This document shows positions 7,245-15,214 of a DNA stretch of 16,856 bases, one piece after another. Within the stretch, counting starts at the first letter, position 1, and every line of letters starts with the position of its first letter. A program made the translations under genes and the position numbers. The stretch covers positions 1-16,856 of the IMG/VR virus record IMGVR_UViG_2516143027_000005; one strand, written 5' to 3'. The DNA is from a virus (lineage: Duplodnaviria; Heunggongvirae; Uroviricota; Caudoviricetes). The notes under the pieces are model-generated. The model worked only from the letters and a program-made list of their open reading frames with translations. It ran no database searches and had not been told where the DNA came from.

Positions 7245-7895
7245 ATGAGCCTGAGTCCCGCACGGCAGCATCGCCTGCGCGTTCAGGCTGAACAGGCCGC
7301 CCGCGAAGGCGGCAGCGTTCGCCACGCGTCGGGCTATGACCTGATGCTGCTGCAACTGGCGGAGGACCGCCGCCGTCTCAAGGGCGTTCAGTCCACGGTG
7401 AAAAAAGCGGAAATAAAGGTGGAGCTGCTGCCGAAATATGCCGCCTGGGCGGAGGGCGTCCTGGCTGCCGGAGGCGCTCAACAGGATGACGTGCTGATGT
7501 ACGTGATGCTGTGGCGCATTGATGCCGGAGATTATGCCGGGGCGCTGGAGATCGGGCGTCATGCCCTGCGTCATGGCTGGGTGATGCCGCTGGGTAACCG
7601 CAACGTGCAGACCGTGCTGGCAGAGGAAATGGCAGATGCAGCGCAGAGCGCAATGCTTGCCGCCACCGGCTTTGATGCCGATCTGTTGCTGCAGACGCTG
7701 GAGCTGACAGACGGTCTGGATATGCCGGACCAGTCACGGGCGCGTCTGCATAAAGCGATTGGCGCTGTCCTGAGTGAAAGCAATCCGGCTTCCGCCCTTA
7801 ATCATCTCAACCATGCGTTACAGCTCGATCCCCGCTGTGGCGTGAAAAAAGACAAACAGCAGCTGGAGCGCAGACTGCGCAATGACAGCCGCTGA
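7245..7895 (+). CDS. M: terminase small / endonuclease subunit (P2 gpM-like)
   Basis: 216 aa; segments DDVLMYVMLWRIDAGDYAGALEIGRHAL and LELTDGLDMPD resemble P2 gpM. Immediately follows N. Confidence 0.85.
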   Translation: MSLSPARQHRLRVQAEQAAREGGSVRHASGYDLMLLQLAEDRRRLKGVQSTVKKAEIKVELLPKYAAWAEGVLAAGGAQQDDVLMYVMLWRIDAGDYAGALEIGRHALRHGWVMPLGNRNVQTVLAEEMADAAQSAMLAATGFDADLLLQTLELTDGLDMPDQSRARLHKAIGAVLSESNPASALNHLNHALQLDPRCGVKKDKQQLERRLRNDSR

Positions 7896-7990
7896 CAGAA
7901 CGTGCCCCCGCGCACGGGCGGCACGGGGTGGCGAAAGGCACTGCCACATCAAAACCCCGTCCACCGCCCTCTATTTCAGGAGAAAGCAGC

Positions 7991-8455
7991 ATGAAGTTTG
8001 TTGCGCCAGAACAGGCACCGGAACAGGCGGAAATCATCAGGAATACGCCGTTCTGGCCTGATGTGGACCTGTCGGAGTTCCGCAGTGTGATGCGCACTGA
8101 CGGTACGGTGACGCAGCCGCGTTTAAAGCAGGTTGCGCTGTCGGCAATTTCGGAGGTCAACGCAGAGCTGTATGAGTTTCGCAGATGCCAGCAGATGCTG
8201 GGGTATGCCTCGCTGGCAGAGGTTCCGGCGGAACAGCTGGACGGGAAAAGTGAGCGCGTTCAGCACTATTTCAACGCGGTTTACTGCTGGGCACGCGCCA
8301 TGCTCAACGAACGTTACCAGGACTATGACGCCACGGCATCCGGTGTGAAGCGAGGCGAGGAACTGGCGGAAGCCAGCGGTGATTTGTGGCGTGACGCCCG
8401 CTGGGCCATCAGCCGGGTGCAGGACGCGCCGCACTGCACAGTGGAGCTTATCTGA
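7991..8455 (+). CDS. L: head completion / stabilisation protein (P2 gpL-like)
   Basis: Resembles remembered P2 gpL (FWPD.D, NAELYEF, DLWRD.RWA..R.Q). ATG at 7991 is chosen over the ORF-track start at 7928 because of the RBS aggaga just upstream. Confidence 0.75.
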   Translation: MKFVAPEQAPEQAEIIRNTPFWPDVDLSEFRSVMRTDGTVTQPRLKQVALSAISEVNAELYEFRRCQQMLGYASLAEVPAEQLDGKSERVQHYFNAVYCWARAMLNERYQDYDATASGVKRGEELAEASGDLWRDARWAISRVQDAPHCTVELI

Positions 8456-8658
8456 TGAAAGTGCGAGCGCATCAGTATGACACGGTGGATGCACTTTGCT
8501 GGCGTCATTACGGGCGTACACAGGGTGTCACGGAGCAGGTACTGAAGGCAAATCCGGGGCTTGTCGAATACGGCCCCTTTTTACCTCACGGACTGCAGGT
8601 GGAGCTGCCGGACATTCCGACAACCACCACCGTGCAGACCGTCCAGCTATGGGACTGA
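8455..8658 (+). CDS. X: tail protein X (P2 gpX-like)
   Basis: 67 aa; start overlaps the L stop; position and size match P2 X. Confidence 0.75.
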   Translation: MKVRAHQYDTVDALCWRHYGRTQGVTEQVLKANPGLVEYGPFLPHGLQVELPDIPTTTTVQTVQLWD

Positions 8659-8661
8659 ATT

Positions 8662-8877
8662 ATGACGCTTGAGCGAATCAGCGCCTTTATCACGTACTGC
8701 ATCGCCGTTGTGCTGGCCTGGCTGGGCGATTTGTCCATCAAGGATGCCTCAACGCTGGGCGGCCTGATGATTGGTGTGCTGATGCTGGCTATCAACTGGT
8801 ACTACAAACACAAAGCCTACCAGCTTCTGCGCGACGGGCAGATCTCGCGGGAGGACTATGAATCCATCAATCGTTAA
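8662..8877 (+). CDS. putative holin (71 aa membrane protein at the P2 Y position)
   Basis: Two hydrophobic segments and a charged C-terminus; sits immediately upstream of and overlapping the endolysin gene. Confidence 0.5.
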   Translation: MTLERISAFITYCIAVVLAWLGDLSIKDASTLGGLMIGVLMLAINWYYKHKAYQLLRDGQISREDYESINR

Positions 8878-9370
8878 ACGCTGTCTTGTCGGGGCCGTGC
8901 TGGCTATTGCTGCCACGCTGCCGGGTTTTCAGCAGCTTCACACCTCCGTGGAGGGACTGAAACTGATTGCCGATTACGAAGGCTGTCGTCTGCAGCCGTA
9001 TCAGTGCAGCGCGGGTGTATGGACTGACGGCATTGGTAATACGTCGGGCGTCATTCCCGGCAAAACCATTACGGAACGACAGGCAGCAGAAGGGCTTATC
9101 TCCAACGTGCTGCGTGTGGAGCGGTCACTGGAAAGGTGTGTGAAGCAACAGCCACCGCAGAAAGTGTATGACGCGGTGGTGTCATTTGCCTTCAACGTGG
9201 GGACAGGTAATGCCTGCAGCTCCACGCTGGTGAAATTACTCAATCAGCGGCGCTGGGCGGATGCGTGCCGACAGTTGCCGCGCTGGGTTTATGTGAAAGG
9301 TGTGTTTAATCAGGGGCTGGATAACCGCCGTGCGCGGGAGATGGCCTGGTGCTTACAGGGAGCAAACTGA
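8858..9370 (+). CDS. SAR-type endolysin (T4-lysozyme-like fold, resembling phage P21 R)
   Basis: N-terminal Gly/Ala-rich hydrophobic stretch (CLVGAVLAIAATLPG) followed by EG...Y......GVWTDG catalytic-triad spacing and a C-terminal LP/RRW region, like P21 R as I recall it. RBS gggagg. Confidence 0.8.
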   Translation: MNPSIVKRCLVGAVLAIAATLPGFQQLHTSVEGLKLIADYEGCRLQPYQCSAGVWTDGIGNTSGVIPGKTITERQAAEGLISNVLRVERSLERCVKQQPPQKVYDAVVSFAFNVGTGNACSSTLVKLLNQRRWADACRQLPRWVYVKGVFNQGLDNRRAREMAWCLQGAN

Positions 9371-9371
9371 A

Positions 9372-9749
9372 ATGAAAAAGAAATTAATCAGCGGGCTGTT
9401 TCTGATGTTATGGATGGCGCTGTTAATCGAAGCAATGGTGTATCCGCAGGGGATTTTTCCGGTACTGGCAGCGTCCGGCGTTTGGATAGCCTGTTTGCTG
9501 ACATGGGCGGTAATTCCGGTAGCACTGGCTGCGTTAATTAAGAATGGCCCGCTCTGGCAGGAGTTGAGGGCATCTTTGCTGAAGACAATTACCCGAAAAG
9601 AAAACGTATTTATCAGCTGGGTGATGCGATTGCTGATTGTCGTCAGTCTCGCCTGGACGGGGTGGGCTATTACCCTGGTCTTTTATCTGCTGACCGTTAT
9701 TGCTTTCTGGATCACCCGTAATCAGATGGCGCAACAGGTAGCAGCATGA
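9372..9749 (+). CDS. lysA: LysA-like multi-pass membrane protein (lysis accessory)
   Basis: 125 aa with about four hydrophobic segments, at the P2 lysA position. ATG at 9372 chosen over the ORF-track start at 9300, which overlaps K. Confidence 0.55.
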   Translation: MKKKLISGLFLMLWMALLIEAMVYPQGIFPVLAASGVWIACLLTWAVIPVALAALIKNGPLWQELRASLLKTITRKENVFISWVMRLLIVVSLAWTGWAITLVFYLLTVIAFWITRNQMAQQVAA

Positions 9750-10174
9750 ACCGGTTGCTGCTGGTTGTGCTGGCGTTATTACTGGCGGCGCTGGGCTGGC
9801 AGACGTGGCGGCTGGCTGATGCCAGCCAGACCATCAGCACGCAGGCAGACGAGCTACAGAGCAAAAGCCAGGCACTGGCAAAGAGCAACAGCCAGCTTAT
9901 CAGCCTGTCCATTCTGACTGAAACCAATAACCGGGAGCAGGCGCGGCTCTATGCCGAAGCAGAACAGACCAGTGTACTGCTGAGACAACGACAACGCCGG
10001 ATTGAGGAACTGAAACGTGAGAACGAGGATTTACGTCGCTGGGCTGATACTCCTTTGCCTGCTGACATTATCCGGCTGCGGGAACGTCCGGCACTCACCG
10101 GAGGTGCAGCTTACCGTCAGTGGTTGTCCGCGAGTGACGCCGTGTCGGCTGGAGCAGGCAGCGCCGCGCACTAA
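9746..10174 (+). CDS. lysB: i-spanin (Rz / LysB-like)
   Basis: N-terminal transmembrane segment, then a charged coiled-coil-like region; start overlaps the lysA stop. Confidence 0.7.
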   Translation: MNRLLLVVLALLLAALGWQTWRLADASQTISTQADELQSKSQALAKSNSQLISLSILTETNNREQARLYAEAEQTSVLLRQRQRRIEELKRENEDLRRWADTPLPADIIRLRERPALTGGAAYRQWLSASDAVSAGAGSAAH

Positions 10175-10307
10175 CGGTGATCTGAATGCGTTGCTGGATG
10201 AAACGGAGGCCGCCTGGGCGGTCTGTGCAGACAAAGTGGACATGATTATTGCGTGTCAGGAGCGAAACAGTGAACAAACCACAATCCCTGCGCCACGCTC
10301 TCAATAA
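10017..10307 (+). CDS. lysC: o-spanin lipoprotein (Rz1 / LysC-like), largely embedded in lysB in a different frame
   Basis: GTG start; signal peptide ending in the lipobox LTLSGC; Pro-rich mature region; typical overlapped spanin arrangement. Confidence 0.65.
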   Translation: MRTRIYVAGLILLCLLTLSGCGNVRHSPEVQLTVSGCPRVTPCRLEQAAPRTNGDLNALLDETEAAWAVCADKVDMIIACQERNSEQTTIPAPRSQ

Positions 10308-10701
10308 AGCGGTGCCTTATGTCCGCAATAACCCGGACAAACTGCATCTGTTTGTGGATAACGGTTCGCTGGTTGCCACGGGGGCCAGCTCCATGTCATG
10401 GGAGTACCGTTACACCCTCAACGTGGTGATTGAGGATTTCAGCGGCGACCAGAATCTGCTGATGGCCCCGGTTTTGCTGTGGCTGAGGGATAACCAGCCC
10501 GATGCCATCAATAACCCGGCGTTACGGGAAAAGCTATTCACCTTTGAGGTGGATATTCTGCGCAACGATGTCTGTGATATCAGCCTGAACCTGCAACTGA
10601 CGGAGCGTGTGCTGGTCAGCACTGACGGCAGTGTGTCGAGCGTTGAAGGTATAGCGGAACCTGATGCACCTGAAGAAATGTGGACGGTGAAACGTGGCTG
10701 A
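10270..10701 (+). CDS. R: tail completion protein R (P2 gpR-like)
   Basis: GTG at 10270 with RBS aggag 7 nt upstream, preferred to the TTG at 10249 used by the ORF track. Position after the lysis genes matches P2 R. Confidence 0.7.
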   Translation: MNKPQSLRHALNKAVPYVRNNPDKLHLFVDNGSLVATGASSMSWEYRYTLNVVIEDFSGDQNLLMAPVLLWLRDNQPDAINNPALREKLFTFEVDILRNDVCDISLNLQLTERVLVSTDGSVSSVEGIAEPDAPEEMWTVKRG

Positions 10702-11152
10702 ACTGCAGAAGGTGGACGACTGGCTGAGTGCCTTGCTGGCGAATCTGGAACCAGCCACGAGAAGCCGCATGATGCGCCAGCTGGCGCAGGAACTGCGCCG
10801 GACACAGCAGCAGAATATCAGGATGCAGCGCAACCCTGACGGCAGCAGCTATGAACCGCGACGGGTAACAGCACGCAGTAAAAAGGGGCGCATCAAACGT
10901 CAGATGTTTACAAAGCTGCGCACCACAAAATACCTGAAAACTGCCGCCAGCGCGGATACTGCCAGCGTACAGTTTGAAGGTAAGGTACAGCGCATTGCCC
11001 GCGTTCACCATTACGGCCTACGTGATCGCGTCAGCCGCAAAGGACCTGAGATCCGTTACGCAGAGAGAAAATTGCTTGGATTAAATGGATGTGAAAAATT
11101 AATTCGAAAAATATTCATTATGAATTTATTTTCTGGGGATTGGCTGGCATAA
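10694..11152 (+). CDS. S: tail completion protein S (P2 gpS-like) with an island-derived C-terminus
   Basis: GTG start overlapping the R stop. The conserved-looking core (RIARVHHYGLRDRV) is GC-rich; the last ~20 codons are AT-rich like island 2. Confidence 0.7.
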   Translation: MAELQKVDDWLSALLANLEPATRSRMMRQLAQELRRTQQQNIRMQRNPDGSSYEPRRVTARSKKGRIKRQMFTKLRTTKYLKTAASADTASVQFEGKVQRIARVHHYGLRDRVSRKGPEIRYAERKLLGLNGCEKLIRKIFIMNLFSGDWLA

Positions 11153-11173
11153 AAGCCAGCCTTTATTTTTTTT
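11142..11173 (+). terminator. rho-independent terminator after S
   Basis: Stem ggctggc (11142-11148) / gccagcc (11155-11161), loop ataaaa containing the S stop codon, then a T-run 11162-11173. Confidence 0.6.
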
Positions 11174-12029
11174 ATGTGATGGCCCCTATCTTTTGATTGT
11201 AATAACTATAATCAGCATGTTCTTCTGTATAAAAAATCTCAAATGCAGACAAGATGTTTGCGTAAAAACTATCCTTGGATATAGAGGTTTTTTTATTGAT
11301 GGATGCCAAAAAGTTTGTTATAAATCTTAATGATGCAGAGAAAAGAAAGTGCCCTTTCACCCAATGATTTATAGATGTATTTTCTGGGAATTGAATGTTG
11401 TTTTTTTCTGCTAAACCATTAGTAGTAAACGATTCAGGTAGTCTATTGATATATTCATCTATTTTTTTCTTGCATATATTGTATGAATTTCTTGATTGCA
11501 TAAAACGATCACAGGAATCACCAATTACGGAGCATCCTAATTTATTTAAATGATTGTGAATATCTAGTATTATTAAGTTCTCAATGTTGCTATAGAAGTT
11601 AGAAAGCCAATTTCCTACATCTATTTCCTGCATTTTTTTTGTGCAAAAACGGCCTGTGTTTTTGAGTATGTGTGATATGATTTTTTCATCAATGATTGTG
11701 TTTTCTATTGAATATCCCTTTGTGTAAATAATATTTGTATGCTTTACTATGTTGTCAGAAAAATGGTTTAGATCCGAATCTCTGGCAACTATGGCGTTTA
11801 TTTCTCCTGAGGTTATTTTTTCGATATATGGTTGTAAGGCTTCACATCCACCAACATCTTGAACTTCTACATTAAAACGACCATTTTTTTTAAAAATTAT
11901 TTCCCAAAAAGCAATGTCATCTTCACCTTCAACATAGACCATAATATCAGCATCATAAAATAAACTGATCACATTTTCCGCTTCATTAGACCAAGAAAAG
12001 TTTTCTGCATTAGAATCATTGATTAGCAT
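11172..12029 (-). CDS. ariB: TOPRIM-like (DUF4435-type) putative nuclease, AriB-like
   Basis: 285 aa. N-terminal VYVEGEDD (E34/E36) and ARDSD (D84-x-D86) give the Glu plus DxD spacing typical of TOPRIM/OLD-family nucleases. Start overlaps the upstream ATPase gene by 14 bp. Confidence 0.6.
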   Translation of the reverse strand: MLINDSNAENFSWSNEAENVISLFYDADIMVYVEGEDDIAFWEIIFKKNGRFNVEVQDVGGCEALQPYIEKITSGEINAIVARDSDLNHFSDNIVKHTNIIYTKGYSIENTIIDEKIISHILKNTGRFCTKKMQEIDVGNWLSNFYSNIENLIILDIHNHLNKLGCSVIGDSCDRFMQSRNSYNICKKKIDEYINRLPESFTTNGLAEKNNIQFPENTSINHWVKGHFLFSASLRFITNFLASINKKTSISKDSFYANILSAFEIFYTEEHADYSYYNQKIGAIT

Positions 12030-13272
12030 TGACTAATCTCTCCATATTGAAAATGGCGTTTTTATATTTAGATGCAACTTCAGGAGAATGGGTTGCAGCA
12101 ATAATTTGTGCATTAGGATTTAATTTTTTTATGGCAGGGATAATATTTCTTTGCCATTGAATATGTAAGGAAAGCTCAGGCTCATCAGTTAGGAAAATAT
12201 ATTGTTGCCCTCTTTGTAAGAGGGTCTCAATGAATAAAATTAGCAGTTGTTTTTCACCAGAAGATAAACTTTCTAAAACTATTGGCCCATAGGTGTTATT
12301 TATGACTAACAATCCCGATTGAAAATGAAATTCTTTATCGGTGATAAAATTTCTTAGTATGCTTAAGAATTGTTCTATTGGAGAAAATATTTTTGATGTT
12401 TTCTCTTTTGAAGTTAATGACATTTTGATTATTTTTTGTGTTTTTCTCAATGCTTCGATCGAACGAATATCAAAGCCTCTTTCACTTTTATTCTTTAATT
12501 CCGAAATGGTATTATTAATTGTTTCAACATGAAAGCTGATTTTTTTACGAATGTTTTGATCAATAGCATTTAACTGTGTGTATGCATTAAGGAGGTTTTG
12601 TTTTTCTTCCTCTTTGTTAAAGTTAATGTTGTAAGCAGGATTCTCCATATCTTCCTTGCTATAAAGTATTGATGCCAGAACCTCTTTTTGTAGTTCTAAT
12701 GCGATATCTCTGGCTTTCTGGGATAGTTCAAGTTGATATTTTGTAAGTTCCTGTATTAATTCTGATAACTTATAGTCAACAGGGTTGATAAAACGAGAGC
12801 CATATTTATCTTTAACTTCAAAATCATCACTATTTCTTAATCTGTAAACAGATAAAGAAGAAAGCGAGACTAGTTTTGCTAGTTCTGTTCTTAGTTCTTC
12901 TGTTTCATCATGCACTCTACGTCTATAACTAAGAGATATTCTTCTATCATCAGTGTTAAATAAACGAATTGTGTGTTTTTTAGATGAAAGCTGATATTCT
13001 ATTTTGGAAAATGGAGATGTATCGCTTTCAAGTTTTTTGACTTTGATTGTTTTTGTCTTTTTTTTATCTTTAAGTTTTATTTCGGCACTATTGAAATCAG
13101 CATTGTTAATACTGTCCAAATCAAGGGATAATATTGAGTGCAGAAGGTTCATAAAGGTTGTTTTACCCGTGCCATTTCGGCCTATAATAATGTTTACATC
13201 ATCATTAAATGAGCAGGAACAGTTTAATCGCTGCCAAAAGCCATTAATTGTGACGCTTTGAATTTTATACAT
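12016..13272 (-). CDS. ariA: ABC-type (AAA_15/AAA_21-like) ATPase, AriA-like
   Basis: 418 aa. Walker A GRNGTGKTT at residues 31-39, ABC signature-like LSSGEKQ, Walker B/D-loop IFLTDEPELSLH and H-loop ATHSPE near the C-terminus. RBS aagga before the ATG. Confidence 0.65.
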   Translation of the reverse strand: MYKIQSVTINGFWQRLNCSCSFNDDVNIIIGRNGTGKTTFMNLLHSILSLDLDSINNADFNSAEIKLKDKKKTKTIKVKKLESDTSPFSKIEYQLSSKKHTIRLFNTDDRRISLSYRRRVHDETEELRTELAKLVSLSSLSVYRLRNSDDFEVKDKYGSRFINPVDYKLSELIQELTKYQLELSQKARDIALELQKEVLASILYSKEDMENPAYNINFNKEEEKQNLLNAYTQLNAIDQNIRKKISFHVETINNTISELKNKSERGFDIRSIEALRKTQKIIKMSLTSKEKTSKIFSPIEQFLSILRNFITDKEFHFQSGLLVINNTYGPIVLESLSSGEKQLLILFIETLLQRGQQYIFLTDEPELSLHIQWQRNIIPAIKKLNPNAQIIAATHSPEVASKYKNAIFNMERLVNANQ

Positions 13273-13308
13273 CTATGTATCCTTTATTATTAGTTGAACT
13301 ACTTAAAT

Positions 13309-13338
13309 TTATAATCATTTGTGTCATCCTCAGTACAA
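13309..13338 (-). promoter_or_regulatory. putative sigma70 promoter for the island 2 operon (minus strand)
   Basis: On the minus strand: ttgtac, 18-nt spacer, ttataa, about 37 nt upstream of the ATG. Overlaps the TGT-N12-ACA dyad. Confidence 0.25.
13320..13337. promoter_or_regulatory. candidate Ogr-type late activator site (TGT-N12-ACA) upstream of V
   Basis: tgtgtcatcctcagtaca, about 50 bp upstream of the V start, where the P2 V-operon late promoter would be expected. Confidence 0.35.
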
Positions 13339-13384
13339 TTATGCCGTTTGGAAGATATTATTTCAAATGTTTAATATATACGGT

Positions 13385-13963
13385 ATGAACGCACAATTAA
13401 CCGAAATCATGCGCCTTATCACCAATCTGATCCGCACAGGTGTAGTTACCGAAGTGGACCGGGAGAACTGGCTTTGCCGGGTGAAAACGGGCGACCTTGA
13501 AACCAACTGGATCAGCTGGCTGACGCTGCGCGCGGGTAATGCCCGCACATGGTGGCGACCATCGGAAGGTGAGCAGGTGGTGGTGCTGAGTCTGGGAGGC
13601 AATCTGGAAACTGCCTTTGCGTTGCCCGCTGTCTATTCGAATCAGTTCGCGCCACCTTCGACGTCGGCGGACGCCTGCGTGACAGAACATCCTGACGGTG
13701 GCTGGTTTGAATACGAACCCGCCACCGGGCGCTGGTATGTCAGGGGCATCAAATCCATGGTCATTGAGGCTGCCGACAACATCACCCTGAAAACCAGTGA
13801 GTTTGTGCTGGAGGCTGACCGCACGCGTATTAACAGCGAAGTAGTGATCAATGGTGGCGTTACCCAGGGCGGCGGTGCAATGAGTTCTAACGGAATTGTG
13901 GTTGATGCACATCAGCATACTGGCGTCCTGAAAGGCGGCGATACAACCGGAGGCCCGGTATGA
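13385..13963 (+). CDS. V: baseplate spike / assembly protein V (P2 gpV-like)
   Basis: 192 aa. ATG at 13385 chosen over the ORF-track start at 13319, whose extra N-terminal codons lie in AT-rich island DNA. Confidence 0.75.
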   Translation: MNAQLTEIMRLITNLIRTGVVTEVDRENWLCRVKTGDLETNWISWLTLRAGNARTWWRPSEGEQVVVLSLGGNLETAFALPAVYSNQFAPPSTSADACVTEHPDGGWFEYEPATGRWYVRGIKSMVIEAADNITLKTSEFVLEADRTRINSEVVINGGVTQGGGAMSSNGIVVDAHQHTGVLKGGDTTGGPV

Positions 13964-14319
13964 CGCTTTATAGCGGGATGAACAATACCAGCGGCAAAGT
14001 CATTACTGATATTGACCATCTGCGCCAGTCGGTGCGGGACATTCTGCTGACGCCGCAGGGTAGCCGCATTGCCCGTCGGGAATATGGTTCCCTGCTGTCG
14101 GCACTGATAGACCAGCCACAAAATCCGGCGTTACGCCTGCAGGTCATGTCGGCAGTGTATGTGGCGCTGAGTCGCTGGGAGCCACGGCTGATGCTGGATT
14201 CCATCACCATCAACAGCAACTTTGACGGTTCTATGGTGGTGGAGCTGACCGGGCGGCGGAATAACGGTGTGCCTGTGTCCCTTTCCGTATCAACAGGAGC
14301 AGAGAATGGCAGTGATTGA
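13960..14319 (+). CDS. W: baseplate protein W (P2 gpW-like)
   Basis: 119 aa; ATGA overlap with the V stop; position and size match P2 W. Confidence 0.75.
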   Translation: MTLYSGMNNTSGKVITDIDHLRQSVRDILLTPQGSRIARREYGSLLSALIDQPQNPALRLQVMSAVYVALSRWEPRLMLDSITINSNFDGSMVVELTGRRNNGVPVSLSVSTGAENGSD

Positions 14320-15214
14320 CCTTTCGCAGTTGCCTGCACCGCAGATTGTGGATGTGCCGGACTTTGAGACGCTGCTTGCCGAACGCAAGGCTGAATTTGT
14401 GGCGCTTCATCCTAAAGATGAACAGGAAGCCGTGATCCGTACGCTGGAACTGGAATCTGAACCCGTCACCAAATTGTTGCAGGAGAACGCTTACCGTGAG
14501 TTGCTTCTGCGCCAGCGCATTAACGAAGCCGCGCAGGCGGTGATGGTGGCTTACGCGATGGGCGGCGATCTTGACCAGCTCGCTGCCAACTACAACGTGA
14601 AACGCCTGACGGTGACGCCTGCTGATAATAATGCTGTGCCGCCCGTTGCGGCTGTGATGGAAAGTGATGAAGCGTTACGCCTGCGTGTGCCTGCAGCCTT
14701 TGAAGGGCTTTCAGTTGCGGGGCCAACTGCAGCTTATGAATTTCATGCCCGAAGCGCCGACGGTCGGGTGGCGGATGCCAGTGCAACCAGCCCGGCACCT
14801 GCAGAGGTGGTGCTGACTGTCCTTAGCCGCGAAGGCGATGGAACTGCAGAAAAAGACCTGCTGGACGTGGTGGAAAAAGCTCTGAACAGTGAGAACGTCC
14901 GCCCGGTGGCTGACCGTCTTACGGTTCGCAGCGCAGAAATCATCCCGTATCGCGTGGAAGCCACCATTTTTCTCTATCCGGGACCGGAAGCAGAGCCGGT
15001 AATGGCAGCGGCAAAAGCCAGTCTGCAGAAGTACATTGCCAGCCAGACGAGGCTTGGTCGGGATATTCGCCGTAGCGCCATCTTTGCTGCTCTGCATGTT
15101 GAGGGTGTTCAACGTGTGGAACTGGCTTCTCCGCTGGCGGATGTGGTCCTGAACAAAACACAGGCGGCATCATGTACGCAGTGGAGCGTAACCAACGGAG
15201 GAACGGATGAATAG
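14306..15214 (+). CDS. J: baseplate assembly protein J (P2 gpJ-like)
   Basis: 302 aa from the ATG at 14306 (MAVIDLSQ), which has RBS aggag upstream; the ORF-track start at 14267 overlaps W more extensively. Confidence 0.8.
   Translation: MAVIDLSQLPAPQIVDVPDFETLLAERKAEFVALHPKDEQEAVIRTLELESEPVTKLLQENAYRELLLRQRINEAAQAVMVAYAMGGDLDQLAANYNVKRLTVTPADNNAVPPVAAVMESDEALRLRVPAAFEGLSVAGPTAAYEFHARSADGRVADASATSPAPAEVVLTVLSREGDGTAEKDLLDVVEKALNSENVRPVADRLTVRSAEIIPYRVEATIFLYPGPEAEPVMAAAKASLQKYIASQTRLGRDIRRSAIFAALHVEGVQRVELASPLADVVLNKTQAASCTQWSVTNGGTDE

Larger units (their letters stand above)
11090..13300. other. AT-rich accessory island 2 between S and V
   Basis: Hand-counted 20 G+C in 60 nt at 12061-12120, against 43 of 60 in the backbone at 7261-7320. 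Both genes are transcribed opposite to the late operon. Confidence 0.8.

Noticed and set aside
7928-8455. Longer version of L starting at 7928
   Set aside because: The ATG at 7991 is preceded by a good RBS; the upstream extension is Pro/Ser-rich with no RBS.
7092-8521. Minus-strand ORFs overlapping M and L (7092-7574, 7378-7737, 7807-8160, 8123-8521)
   Set aside because: Antisense to well-supported late genes, with no start signals.
11172-12029. HNH nuclease call for the second island-2 protein, prompted by the literal tripeptide H-N-H in IHNHLNKLGC
   Set aside because: There are no flanking Cys/His zinc-binding or beta-beta-alpha-metal context residues. The Glu plus DxD pattern points to TOPRIM, so a Septu-like PtuA/PtuB assignment is less likely than AriA/AriB.
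12341-13261. Plus-strand ORFs 12341-12532 and 13004-13261 inside the AriA-like gene
   Set aside because: Antisense to a gene with clear ATPase motifs; short, AT-rich, low-complexity translations.
13319-13963. Longer version of V starting at 13319
   Set aside because: The extra 22 codons are in AT-rich island DNA and overlap the putative regulatory region; the ATG at 13385 gives a P2-like N-terminus.
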